Below are positions 47,614 through 57,321 of a DNA stretch of 64,000 nucleotides, one piece after another. This stretch comes from Pirellulales bacterium (GTDB taxonomy: Bacteria; Planctomycetota; Planctomycetia; Pirellulales; PALSA-1355), in contig CAVTBU010000007.1 of the NCBI GenBank assembly GCA_963733035.1, positions 32,001-96,000 of the forward strand. The letters run 5' to 3'. Numbering within the stretch: the stretch's first letter is position 1; every line of letters begins with the position of its first letter. A program made the position numbers and the translations under genes. Below the pieces are notes generated by a model that saw only the letters and a list, made by a program, of their open reading frames with translations, was not told the DNA's origin and did not search any database.

Positions 47614-48209
47614 TCAGGCCGTGTGGCCGTTGCCAGCGTGGACCAGCGGCACGTCGACGACGTGCTGCGAGAGGAACCAGACTTGCAATTCGTTCAAGCG
47701 AATCACGCCGCTGACGATCAGATCGTTCGTGCCGTCGTCGCCGCTATCGGTCGCTTGCCGGGCCATGCTGCGGGCTTCCAACAGAACAATTTCGTGGGCT
47801 TGCAGCAGCCGCGAAATCTGCACGGGGGCTTCCTCGCGCCGCGCGGGGGTCGCGGAATCGAGGTGGTCTCGGCCACGTCGGCCGCCATGGCCAGGGCCAC
47901 GCCGCCCAGCGTCATGATTCGTTCGGCAATTGTGTCGATCAGCGCTGTCTGCTCACCGGCATGCTTGTCGAAAAGCAAATGGAGCTGATAGAACGTCGGG
48001 CCGGTCACCGCCCAGTGGTGCTTCTTGTAAAGATCGCGCAGCGTAATCGTGTCGGCCAGCAACTGGTTCAGATTCTCAGCGTTCGTGCGGCGCTCGTTTT
48101 CGCCCAGGGCCAACGGCATGCTGACCACATGACCATAGGCCTGAATCTCGTGAGCCTTCTGGTTGACCAGCGGCGTAGCGCGGCCAGGAGCATCTTTCGT
48201 GGTGGCCAT
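47614..48209 (-). CDS. dps: DNA starvation/stationary phase protection protein Dps; frameshift near 47836
   Basis: KKHHWAVTGPTFYQLHLLFD, DTIAERI..LGG, GDDGTNDL. Confidence 0.93.
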
Positions 48210-48390
48210 GTCTGACTCCATATGGATGTGCCTAGTGAATGAACCCCGAGACCAACAAGCTGAAAGCTCGGCCGCTTCGATTGCCCCGGCTCCGGATCGG
48301 CTGAATCCTCATTCGAATTATAGGTCTTTGTTCCCCGGGGGAAACTTTGCGGCGACCGAACTGACTGCGGACTGGATTCAACAAGCGGGC

Positions 48391-48981
48391 TCAAATGTCA
48401 TCTTCGTCGATGTCCTCCGCGTAACCCGGCGGAAATGGGCTGTCCGGCGAAGGTTGCGGAGGTTGCTCGCTGGCCGATTCCGGCTCCTCCAGCCCGAATT
48501 GGCGCATCCAATAGCGAACCTCGACTTCGCTCGGAGGCCCGGCGGGTTTGCCGGGTAGACTCTTGGTGCGTGAGCGGTCGATGCGTCGTCGGAGCGCTTC
48601 CACATACCAGACGTCGCTGTCGACTGCCTTGGCCCGCCGTCGCCGCGCGGCACGATGCAAGCGGTGATCGCTCGAGACGACGGTCAGCCGTCGCGGCGCG
48701 TGATTGGCCGCGATCAATTCCTCGATCACGGTATCGGCATCCGAGCCTTTGGGTGCGAACCGTACGGTGATGCCTCGATATTTCGTGACGCGCGGCAACC
48801 CAGGCGGCGCTTGGCGGGCGTCGAATACGACCGTCGTGCGGGCCAGTTCACGCTCGGCAAGCGACTCGGCCAAGAAGTTGAGCAGCGCGTTTCGTGATCG
48901 TTCAAGACTTCCAGGCCCGACGCCGCGGGCGAGAATACCGCTGGCGTGCAGCAAGTTGTAGCCGTCGATCAGCAGGGCCAT
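48391..48981 (-). CDS. NYN domain (YacP-like) RNase
   Basis: LLIDGYNLL, VVFD, ADTVIE, VVSSD. Confidence 0.88.
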   Translation of the reverse strand: MALLIDGYNLLHASGILARGVGPGSLERSRNALLNFLAESLAERELARTTVVFDARQAPPGLPRVTKYRGITVRFAPKGSDADTVIEELIAANHAPRRLTVVSSDHRLHRAARRRRAKAVDSDVWYVEALRRRIDRSRTKSLPGKPAGPPSEVEVRYWMRQFGLEEPESASEQPPQPSPDSPFPPGYAEDIDEDDI

Positions 48982-48989
48982 CGTGCCGC

Positions 48990-50327
48990 TTAGCGGGCAC
49001 GTACGGGACGACGCCCGACGTGCTCGCTGTCGTCCGCCGAAGCGTGAAACTTCACTCGCCCGCCGACGATCACGGTGTCAGCCCGGCCGTGCAGCTTCCA
49101 GCCGGCAAAAGGCGTGTTGGTGCTCTTGGACCGAAATTTCTCGGGATCGACCGTCCACTCCGCTTCCGGGTCGATAACCGTCACGTCGGCATCGGCTCCC
49201 ACGGCCAAGGTGCCTTTGTTGATTCCCAGGATTCGGGCCGGGTTGATCGTCATCTTGGCGATCGCCCGCGGCCAATCGAGATGCCCGGGCTCGATTAGCC
49301 TGGTTGCCACCAGCCCCAGGGCCGTTTCCAGGCCAACGATGCCGAACGGTGCCTGATCGAGCTCGCGCATTTTCTTTTCGCGAGCATGCGGCGCATGGTC
49401 GGTGCAGATAACGTCGATCGTGTCGTCGGCGAGTCCCGCGATACATGCCTCGACATGGGATTCGCCGCGCAGCGGCGGGCTCATTTTGAAGTTGGAGTCG
49501 AACGCCCGCAGGCATTCGTCAGTGAGCGTGAAATGATGCGGGCAAACTTCAGTCGTGACCCGCACTCCGCGGACTTTTGCCCGGCGAATCAGGTCGATGC
49601 TGCCGCTTGTCGAAACGTGCATCATGTGGACGCGTCCGCCGGTGGCCTCGGCCAGGGCGATGTCGCGGGCCGTCATGACATCTTCGGCCGAGGCCGGCAT
49701 GCCAGGCAGTCCCAGGATCATCGACACCAGCCCTTCGTGCATCACGCCGCCTTGCGTCAATTCGCGAACTTCGGCGTGATTGAGGATCGGCTTGTCGAAC
49801 ATCTGGCAATATTCGAGCGCGCGCCGCATCAGTTCTGCATCGTAGACTGGCGCGCCGTCGTCGCTGAACGCCACGGCTCCGGCCTGCACCAGTTGCCCGA
49901 TTTCCGCCAGTTCCTTGCCTTCGCGGTTCTTGCTCACGCAGGCCACGACGAACACGTTGCACTGGTCGGCTCGGGCGGCCTGATGCTGGATGAACTCGAC
50001 CGTGGCCTGGCTATCGATGGGTGGTTCGGTGTTGGGAATGCAGGCGATCGAGGTGAAGCCGCCGGCCACCGCGGCGCTGGCGCCCGTAACAATCGTTTCA
50101 TCCTCTTCGCGCCCCGGCTCGCGGAGATGCACGTGCATGTCGATCAGCCCTGGAGAGACGATCTTTCCGTGGGCGTCGATCACTTGTTCCTGGCCAGTCG
50201 AAATCGCATCGTAGGCAGCGATGCGACCGCCTTCGACGAGCAGGTTGGTGATCCGATCGAGCCCTTGACTGGGATCGATAACACGGCCACCTTCGATCAG
50301 GATCGAACCGCTGGTTGCCACTTGCAT
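48990..50327 (-). CDS. pyrC: Dihydroorotase
   Basis: DMHVHLREPG, FSDDG, CPHH, KMSPPLR, TDHAPH. Confidence 0.95.
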   Translation of the reverse strand: MQVATSGSILIEGGRVIDPSQGLDRITNLLVEGGRIAAYDAISTGQEQVIDAHGKIVSPGLIDMHVHLREPGREEDETIVTGASAAVAGGFTSIACIPNTEPPIDSQATVEFIQHQAARADQCNVFVVACVSKNREGKELAEIGQLVQAGAVAFSDDGAPVYDAELMRRALEYCQMFDKPILNHAEVRELTQGGVMHEGLVSMILGLPGMPASAEDVMTARDIALAEATGGRVHMMHVSTSGSIDLIRRAKVRGVRVTTEVCPHHFTLTDECLRAFDSNFKMSPPLRGESHVEACIAGLADDTIDVICTDHAPHAREKKMRELDQAPFGIVGLETALGLVATRLIEPGHLDWPRAIAKMTINPARILGINKGTLAVGADADVTVIDPEAEWTVDPEKFRSKSTNTPFAGWKLHGRADTVIVGGRVKFHASADDSEHVGRRPVRAR

Positions 50328-50354
50328 TCCTTTCGCTGAACTCGTCCGTTTGTC

Positions 50355-51312
50355 TTACGAAGCGCCGCCGAGGGTCAGCCAGAGCACGGCCATCCGTACG
50401 GCCAACCCGTTGGTCACCTGTTCGAGAATTGCCGAGTGCGGCCCATCGGCCACGTCGGGCGTAATCTCCACGCCGCGGTTGATCGGCCCGGGAGCCAGAA
50501 TCAGGATGTCGTCTTTGGCCCGCTCGAGCCGTTCGCGGTTCATGGCATACAGCAAGGCGTACTCGCGAATTCCGGGAAAGGGGCGTGTGGTTTGCCGCTC
50601 GAACTGAATTCGCAGCAGATTCAACACATCGCAGCGGGGAAGTATCTTGTCCAGGTCGTAGGCCACTTCCACGCCCAATTCCTCCCACCGCTTAGAGACC
50701 AGCGTCGAGGGGCCGCACACGATGACGTGAGCCCCCAGCTTTTTGAGCCCCCAGATGTTGCTGCGCGGTGCGACTATGGGAGATGTCGCCGACCAAGGCC
50801 ACGGTCAGGCCCTTGATCCGTCCCAGCCGTTCGCGAATCGAAAGGATATCGAGCAGGCCCTGGGTGGGATGTTCGTGTGGTCCGTCGCCGGCGTTGATCA
50901 CCGAGCAATGGAGATTCTGCGCGAGCAAGTGCGACGTGCCTGGCGTGCGGTGCCGCACGACGACGGCATCAATGCCCATGGCCTCGATGTTTTTGGCCGT
51001 GTCGATGAAGGTCTCGCCCTTCGAGAGGCTCGAACTCGACGCGGTAAAGTCAATCGTGTCTGCGCCCAGCCGCCTGGCAGCCAGCGAAAAGCTCGTGCGG
51101 GTACGGGTCGAGTTCTCGAAGAACAGGTTAGCGCAGGTGCGGCCCGCCAAGATTGGCATCTTTTGCGTGCAATTGGACGTGACTTCCTTGAAGGCCACCG
51201 CACTGTCGAGAATGATCGTGATTTCTTCGGCCGTGAGGCTCTCGATGTCCAACAGATGACGGCGGGTCCAAGCGGCCGGAACGGCGCCAATATCCCACAC
51301 TTCGGTACTCAT
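50355..51312 (-). CDS. pyrB: Aspartate carbamoyltransferase catalytic subunit; frameshift near 50763
   Basis: [39 protein letters not shown]. Confidence 0.96.
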
Positions 51313-51581
51313 GTGCGGTCAACCTTCCTGTTGATCTGTGCGCAATGCGGCCCAACCTTAAAAAAACTGCGTACTGGGGGACAATGCAGCCGCTCCCTGG
51401 CATCCGCGGCCCCCGACTCCGCTTATTGGGAAGCCGCCAAAACTGCGCTCGCAGAATTCTAACGCGCCGGAGCACGGCTGAAAAGCAACCGGCGTGGGCT
51501 CGCCGCGAATTCAGATGGAAATGCCCCGATTTCTCGAAGCCGGTGCCACGGTCGGTCGGGGCCGCCGATTATAATCATGCC

Positions 51582-52437
51582 ATGCGAGATTCCCGATCAA
51601 TTCAGGTCCTCGTACTGACCCTCCAGGCGGACCACGCCGAGCAGATTGTGCAAGCGCTCGCCGACTGCGGCCACGCATGGTCTTGCAGTACCGACACTCC
51701 AGACGACCGGCAGGTAGATGTCATCGTCACCGACTTGTCGGCAGAGGAACTTGCCAGCCGACTTGGCAGGGCGGGGGGCGCGCGCGGGCTTGCCCAACGG
51801 CAGTAGCCTGATCGGTATTGGCGATGTTCCCTGGGCCGACGTGGCGCTCGCGCGCGACTATACTGACCGTGAGTTGCGACTGGCCTGCCAATCCGCCGCG
51901 CACATAGCCCGGCTTCGCAATCAACACCACGAATTGGCCCGCGCTCATCAGGAAGTCGCGCAACTTGCAGAAACCGATCCGCTCACGAGTTTGCCCAACC
52001 GTCGGGCCTGGGATTTGCGGCTTCCGGAGATGCTCGCCCGCGCTTCACGTCGTGGCGAAACGTTGTGGCTGGCCATTGTCGACCTCGACGCGTTCAAGAC
52101 CATCAACGACCGCGACGGCATGCAGCATGGAGACCGCGTGTTGGCCGACACAGGCAAGGCCTTGTCGACTGCGCTCCGCCGCAGCGATCTGGTGGCTCGG
52201 TTGGGCGGCGATGAGTTCGGTGTCTTGTTGGCGAGTATTCCGGCCGAGCGCGTCGAAGGCGTGCTCGATCGCTTGCGAGGCGCGATCGACTCCGGCGGCA
52301 AGGTGACGGCCAGCATCGGTTACGTAGCCGTGCGTCCCAATGCTGCCAGCGGCGAGCTGTTGGCGACCGCGGAAAAAGCCATGCGGGCCGCCAAGCGGGC
52401 CGGGGGCAATCGTATCGTGCGCGGCACAATGTCATAG
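51582..52437 (+). CDS. GGDEF diguanylate cyclase with a degenerate REC-like N-terminus; frameshift near 51780
   Basis: DPLTSLPNRR, DLDAFKTIND, RRSD I-site, LGGDEF; TATAAT 6 nt before the ATG. Confidence 0.85.
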
Positions 52438-52478
52438 CGCTGTCAACCGCCGCAGCGGTGCCGCGCGATAGGCTCTTT

Positions 52479-53219
52479 TCAGCCTGGTGAGACAACCAGG
52501 AAGCTCGCCAGCACATTGTTCGCCACGTGCGCCACGATCGCCGGCCAAAGAGAATTGGTCACGGCGTAGAGCCACCCCAGGAAGACGCTGATTGCAAAGA
52601 GACTGACCGACATCATCGCGAGGTTCGCAGTCGGTCCTTCCGACCAAAGGTGGTACGGCCAATGAAAGAGAACAAAAAAGAACGACGTCAGTACGTTGGC
52701 CCGCCAAAACGTCAGCTTCGCCATCAATTCGTTGAGCACAAAACCGCGAAACAGAATCTCCTCTAGCACCGGCGAGACCATATGGGCCGCTACAACGGCC
52801 AGCACCGAGGCCACTGACGCATCGAATAGCGTCAAGGACTTGCCGCTGAATAAGCGGTCGATGATGACGATCAGGCCCAGAAAGATCGCGGTCGATACCA
52901 GGCTGAAGCACCATTTCCGTGCACTCGGCAACGCGGTCAGCCCAAAATACCGTAGTGGAGATCGCTGCCTTGCGAATCGGACGAAGGCGGCCGCGGGCAG
53001 AACCCAAACGACGAACTTGACCAAATTCGAGTAGCTCCCGCGCAGCCATTCGTTGGCAATCGCTTCGTCAATACGCAGCAGCACCGTGGCTCGCAGCGTC
53101 CATCCTAGGTAGATGGCGACCAACAGCACGAGCATATCATAGGGCAACCTGACCGACCCCCGATCGAGACGCTCGCTGGGAGAATCAACAACGCGACCGG
53201 CAACGGGCTGTTTTTCCAT
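52479..53219 (-). CDS. CPBP (CAAX/Abi) intramembrane glutamic endopeptidase
   Basis: EEILFRG, FVLFHW, AHVANN. Confidence 0.9.
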   Translation of the reverse strand: MEKQPVAGRVVDSPSERLDRGSVRLPYDMLVLLVAIYLGWTLRATVLLRIDEAIANEWLRGSYSNLVKFVVWVLPAAAFVRFARQRSPLRYFGLTALPSARKWCFSLVSTAIFLGLIVIIDRLFSGKSLTLFDASVASVLAVVAAHMVSPVLEEILFRGFVLNELMAKLTFWRANVLTSFFFVLFHWPYHLWSEGPTANLAMMSVSLFAISVFLGWLYAVTNSLWPAIVAHVANNVLASFLVVSPG

Positions 53220-53275
53220 CGAACAATGCCCCTGATGCGAAAGTCGCTGAAGAACGTCCGTCCCGCCAAGAATCG

Positions 53276-54901
53276 CTAGTAGTCCATTCGCCAGCGCACG
53301 TTGAACAGCCAAGCCATCGTGGCCAGCAGCAGCCCGTCAAACACCAAATAGAATGCCAAGTATGACGCAAAATACCACCAGTCGGGCGGAGCCACCGGCA
53401 TGTCGACCAGCATCACGTCGATTGGCAGCTTGAAGGCCACGGCAAACGGGCTGGGAAAACTGAGTTGTTGCAGCCACTGCGTGGCCGGCTCGCTGGGAAA
53501 AAAGGTCGTGGCGAAGAACGTGACCGCCAGCGGCAGCGTGAACAGCACGACGATCGCCAAATAGGTTGTCATCAGGCTGATCGACGTCTTGCGGAACATC
53601 ACCGAGCAAAACAGGGCCACGGTTGCCGTCGTTGCGCATACCACGAGCACGACACCCAAGTAACCGAACACGGCCGGCAGATTGCTCCAATAGGTGTTGA
53701 CCATCACGACGGCCAGCACAAGCGGCCAGAGCAGGAACATCGTTAGCACGCTCGATACCCGCAGGCCCGAGAGCAATTTGGGCCACAGGATCTGCCCCGG
53801 CGACAAGATGGTCGTTAGCAACAAGTCAAGCGTTTCACGCTCGCGTTCACTGGTCACGCTGCCGGCGGAAAATACTGGTCCCACGAGCATGTTGAACAGA
53901 ATCACGTACGAAATGTACCACGGCGCCAGGAACGGCCAGATGTAGAGAAAGGCGGCCATTAGCGGAATCGCCAACAGCATGCTCACTTGAATCACCACGC
54001 GGAGCATCAGCGTGCCTTGGCTGAAAATCTCGCTTCGCATTTCCTTGTCAAATACCGGATTGGCCCCATCAGCCAACAGGTCGGTGCGCTTCGTTGGCGC
54101 GAACAGCCAATCGGGAAACTGATCGCTCTGAATAATCAGGCCAACCGCTTCCTTGGCCTCGGTCTCCAGGTCGATGACTTGCTTTCCTTCGCTGCCGACG
54201 TCGGCTGGATGCAACAGCCGCGCGGTGGTGTTGCGAAACAGCGCCGTGCAAATCAACAGACACACCGCCGGAAGCACCGTGACGGTCAAGATCAAGCGAG
54301 TCTGTCCCTGACCTTCAAAGGCCATCCACAGCGCCACGCCCGCGAGCGACAGCGGCAGAATGATGAGGTACGTGACCACCAGCGATGCCGACGTGCGATT
54401 GAAGTAGCTGCTGGCCCACAAGCTGATCATGCCGAAAGTCAGCACCGACAAGATCAGTCCCAGGTACATGGCCAGCACTTCATACAGCGAGACGCCTCCG
54501 AGCGGCAGGCAGAGCATCACGATCGGCAGCGACGCGACGATTAGCAGCAGCAGATGACATAACGACGCCAAGAGCTTGCCGAGCACGATCGCCCCCGGCT
54601 TCAGCGGACTGGCCAACAGCATCTCGTAGCTTTTGCGTTCCTTTTCGCCGGTGATCGATCCGGCCGCGAAGCTGGGGGTCATCAACGACGCCAGCAGGTA
54701 CTGCCCCAGAAAGACCAGGTTGACCAGACGCCGCGAGGCCTCCGGGTTCGTCGTCAGGTCGAGCTGCTGCTGTTCTGGCCAGGCCAGAAAGACCACGATG
54801 CCCAGCAGTCCCAGGTAAAACAATAACAGCACGAACGCCCGCGTCATCCGCAGGTTCGTAAGCAGTTCGCGCTGGAGAACCGGATTTTCGAAAAGATACA
54901 T
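53276..54901 (-). CDS. ABC-2 type permease with two tandem permease modules
   Basis: NPVLQREL..EKERKSYEMLL and NPVFDKEM..ERERETLDLLL. Confidence 0.88.
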   Translation of the reverse strand: MYLFENPVLQRELLTNLRMTRAFVLLLFYLGLLGIVVFLAWPEQQQLDLTTNPEASRRLVNLVFLGQYLLASLMTPSFAAGSITGEKERKSYEMLLASPLKPGAIVLGKLLASLCHLLLLIVASLPIVMLCLPLGGVSLYEVLAMYLGLILSVLTFGMISLWASSYFNRTSASLVVTYLIILPLSLAGVALWMAFEGQGQTRLILTVTVLPAVCLLICTALFRNTTARLLHPADVGSEGKQVIDLETEAKEAVGLIIQSDQFPDWLFAPTKRTDLLADGANPVFDKEMRSEIFSQGTLMLRVVIQVSMLLAIPLMAAFLYIWPFLAPWYISYVILFNMLVGPVFSAGSVTSERERETLDLLLTTILSPGQILWPKLLSGLRVSSVLTMFLLWPLVLAVVMVNTYWSNLPAVFGYLGVVLVVCATTATVALFCSVMFRKTSISLMTTYLAIVVLFTLPLAVTFFATTFFPSEPATQWLQQLSFPSPFAVAFKLPIDVMLVDMPVAPPDWWYFASYLAFYLVFDGLLLATMAWLFNVRWRMDY

Positions 54902-54974
54902 CGAGTGGCTGGGCCGGGAAGTCAGTCACGGACGCTCATAGCGCGCCCTATCACTTCATCATACTGCAACCAGA

Positions 54975-55775
54975 TTAGCCGGTCTTGGGCGCAAAAGCGT
55001 CCGGCGTTTCGTTGTCCAGCGCCAGTGGCTGGCTCGGATAGCCGCGGCCGAGCCAAACGGTGACGGCCACACCTGCCATTCCCCACACGACGACGATTCC
55101 TTCGAGCACCCAGACGGCCGTCGTGGTGGCCAGGTATTTGTCGACGATGGCCAACGTCGCGACGCCATCGATCGCGCTCTTGTAAGCGAATCCAGCCCAG
55201 AACCACCTCACCCGGCGCGTGGCCACGGCATAGAAAATCATCACGTTGGTCGCGAGATGTCCCAGGCAGGTGAAGACGCGTTCGCTGATTGAGGCAAGTT
55301 GCATCGCCAGGTTGTCCGCTTCGGCCAATTGCTTCATCACGCCCGCCGGCATTTGCTCGGGCAGATACATGCCGGCCAGCGCCGCCGTGAGCGAGCCAAG
55401 CCCCAACAGAAAGGCTTCGATCGCGCCAAAACCGATCCCAAAGGCAAGCACCTTCGGCCAGGGAGCATTGCCCAGCCGCGAGTAGCGGAGCACCAACCAC
55501 ACGATGCCGACTTCCGTGATCCCGGTCATCGCGCCGCCGTAGAGAAATAGCACGAGCGTCTGCCAGGGCTGCGGAAGCGACCGGGCATAAGCGATGACCG
55601 GCGGATTCAGCGGGATCGCCACCGCAAACTTCACGGCCACCGTCGCCACCCAGCCCAACATGCCCAGCGCGAGATACGCCGCGCCGAGCCTTCGGACGAG
55701 AGCATAACCGACAAACCCGAGCGCCACGGCAATCATGCCAATGCCGCCGACCAATGCCACAGGCGAGATATCCAT
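54975..55775 (-). CDS. YhfC-family intramembrane (PrsW-like) protease
   Basis: GITEVG, AFGIGFGAIEA, ERV..H, SAIDG; multi-TM. Confidence 0.8.
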   Translation of the reverse strand: MDISPVALVGGIGMIAVALGFVGYALVRRLGAAYLALGMLGWVATVAVKFAVAIPLNPPVIAYARSLPQPWQTLVLFLYGGAMTGITEVGIVWLVLRYSRLGNAPWPKVLAFGIGFGAIEAFLLGLGSLTAALAGMYLPEQMPAGVMKQLAEADNLAMQLASISERVFTCLGHLATNVMIFYAVATRRVRWFWAGFAYKSAIDGVATLAIVDKYLATTTAVWVLEGIVVVWGMAGVAVTVWLGRGYPSQPLALDNETPDAFAPKTG

Positions 55776-55797
55776 AGTACACGTCCTTCGCGATACG

Positions 55798-56859
55798 CTA
55801 GTAGCGAGTCAACGCAAGCATTTCTTCCAGCGGCTGCAAATACGCCTCCATCGCCAGGCCATCCACGGTAGATTCGCCCTGGCGGGTGCGGCCATCGACG
55901 CCGCCCGCCGCGATCATGGCGGCGATGATCTCGGCCTGGCCGGCAGGCGTCAGGCAGTGATCGTTGGCGTGTAAGCCTCGCAGCCGCGCCACGGCAAGTG
56001 CCAAGGCGTAACCACCCCAATTGCTGGTGCCGGCCAATAGGGCGAAATCGGACGCGACCCGACAGGCAATTCTCGCGCCTTCTCCAGTGGCGATCGCTTC
56101 GACGAGGTCTTCCCAGAGAAAGCTTCCCATCCCGAGCTCGTTGCCCCCGTCGCCGATGCCGATCGTCGCGATTGGCAGGTTGCTCGATTGAATGGCGTCA
56201 AACAAGCGGTGCGCCGGCGCAGTCTGAGCATCGATCACGTCGCCACGCATCGTGTGGCAAGCATCGCGATCTTCCGGTGGCACGACTTGCAGGAACCGCT
56301 CCATCGGCGCGGGACTCGTCCGACGTTGTGCGCGTATCGAATCCGAAGTGTGGCTCGGTCCCGGCCGCTCGATCGCGATCAGGTGCGACCAGTCGCTCGA
56401 GAGAAATTTCCGCATCCACGCGTCGAAATCGCCGTCGTGTTGTTCATTGGTAGATCGTGGAACTTCATGCACCGTCGAACTAGCCAAATCCATGAGTCGA
56501 CATCCGGCTTCGACCAGAGGCCGCGCAGGACGATCGGTAACGATGGCCGTCTCGATTTCCAAAAGATCGAGCACCTTGGCTAAATAGAGGGCTCCCGGCG
56601 GTCCGTCGGTTTCGGCAGTCACGCGATCATCGAGCGCGACCGGAAAACCGGTCAGAATGGCGACGCGGCGAGCGTGTTCGGCCAGATGCAGACTCGCGGC
56701 GCGGAGCTGACCGTGGTCGAGCGCGACACAGCGGCGGCGAAAGCTGGCGAGTCCGCGTCCGGCTGGGTCGCGGTGCACGAGCGATTCCAGTTCCCTCCAC
56801 GGCAGCGACTTGTCGGCCATTTCCAAGGAGCGGCGCGATGGCAAGGGCGTTGGATTCAC
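55798..56859 (-). CDS. DUF4392 / D-glutamate-cyclase-like protein
   Basis: ILTGF, ETDGPPG, IERPG, GIGDGGNELGMG, SNWGGY, VDG. Confidence 0.85.
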   Translation of the reverse strand: MNPTPLPSRRSLEMADKSLPWRELESLVHRDPAGRGLASFRRRCVALDHGQLRAASLHLAEHARRVAILTGFPVALDDRVTAETDGPPGALYLAKVLDLLEIETAIVTDRPARPLVEAGCRLMDLASSTVHEVPRSTNEQHDGDFDAWMRKFLSSDWSHLIAIERPGPSHTSDSIRAQRRTSPAPMERFLQVVPPEDRDACHTMRGDVIDAQTAPAHRLFDAIQSSNLPIATIGIGDGGNELGMGSFLWEDLVEAIATGEGARIACRVASDFALLAGTSNWGGYALALAVARLRGLHANDHCLTPAGQAEIIAAMIAAGGVDGRTRQGESTVDGLAMEAYLQPLEEMLALTRY

Positions 56860-57128
56860 GAAACGTAGAGGGCTCGCTGAGGAGATGGCATATTGCTACG
56901 ATGATATCAGTTGGAGGCGTCTGTGGTTGCGACGAGTTGATGCACGGCTCGTCGGCCCAGTTGCCGACAACCGCGATCTGTGGCTGCAAGGCGAGTTCTG
57001 ACTGACGGGAGCCACTGGCTCGCCCCGGAGCCGAACTGGCCGCTGGCCGCAGATCCATTCTCCCCCGACTTTTGCCCTATGTGGCGTGGGCATCTGGTTC
57101 CCTTTTACGGACCAGAAAAAAGGGGTGG

Positions 57129-57186
57129 TTGACAACGGTAGGGAAAGTGAGTTACAAATCTAAGTAGATCGTGAAAAATGTCACAA
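57129..57186 (+). promoter_or_regulatory. Putative sigma-70 promoter with a Rex/CRP-like operator
   Basis: TTGACA at 57129, TACAAA at 57153, palindrome TCGTGAAAAATGTCACAA at 57169-57186. Confidence 0.5.
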
Positions 57187-57321
57187 TCTGGCCTGGAAGG
57201 CCAGTTTTGTCGTATTTCTCCGGCTCAGCACATTCTCCCGTGCTGGGTAGCTCTTCGCCCGCTGGTCGGGCGGTGACGTTTGCAAACTTATTGAGATTGG
57301 TCACGCCTGAGGGTGTTGGGC

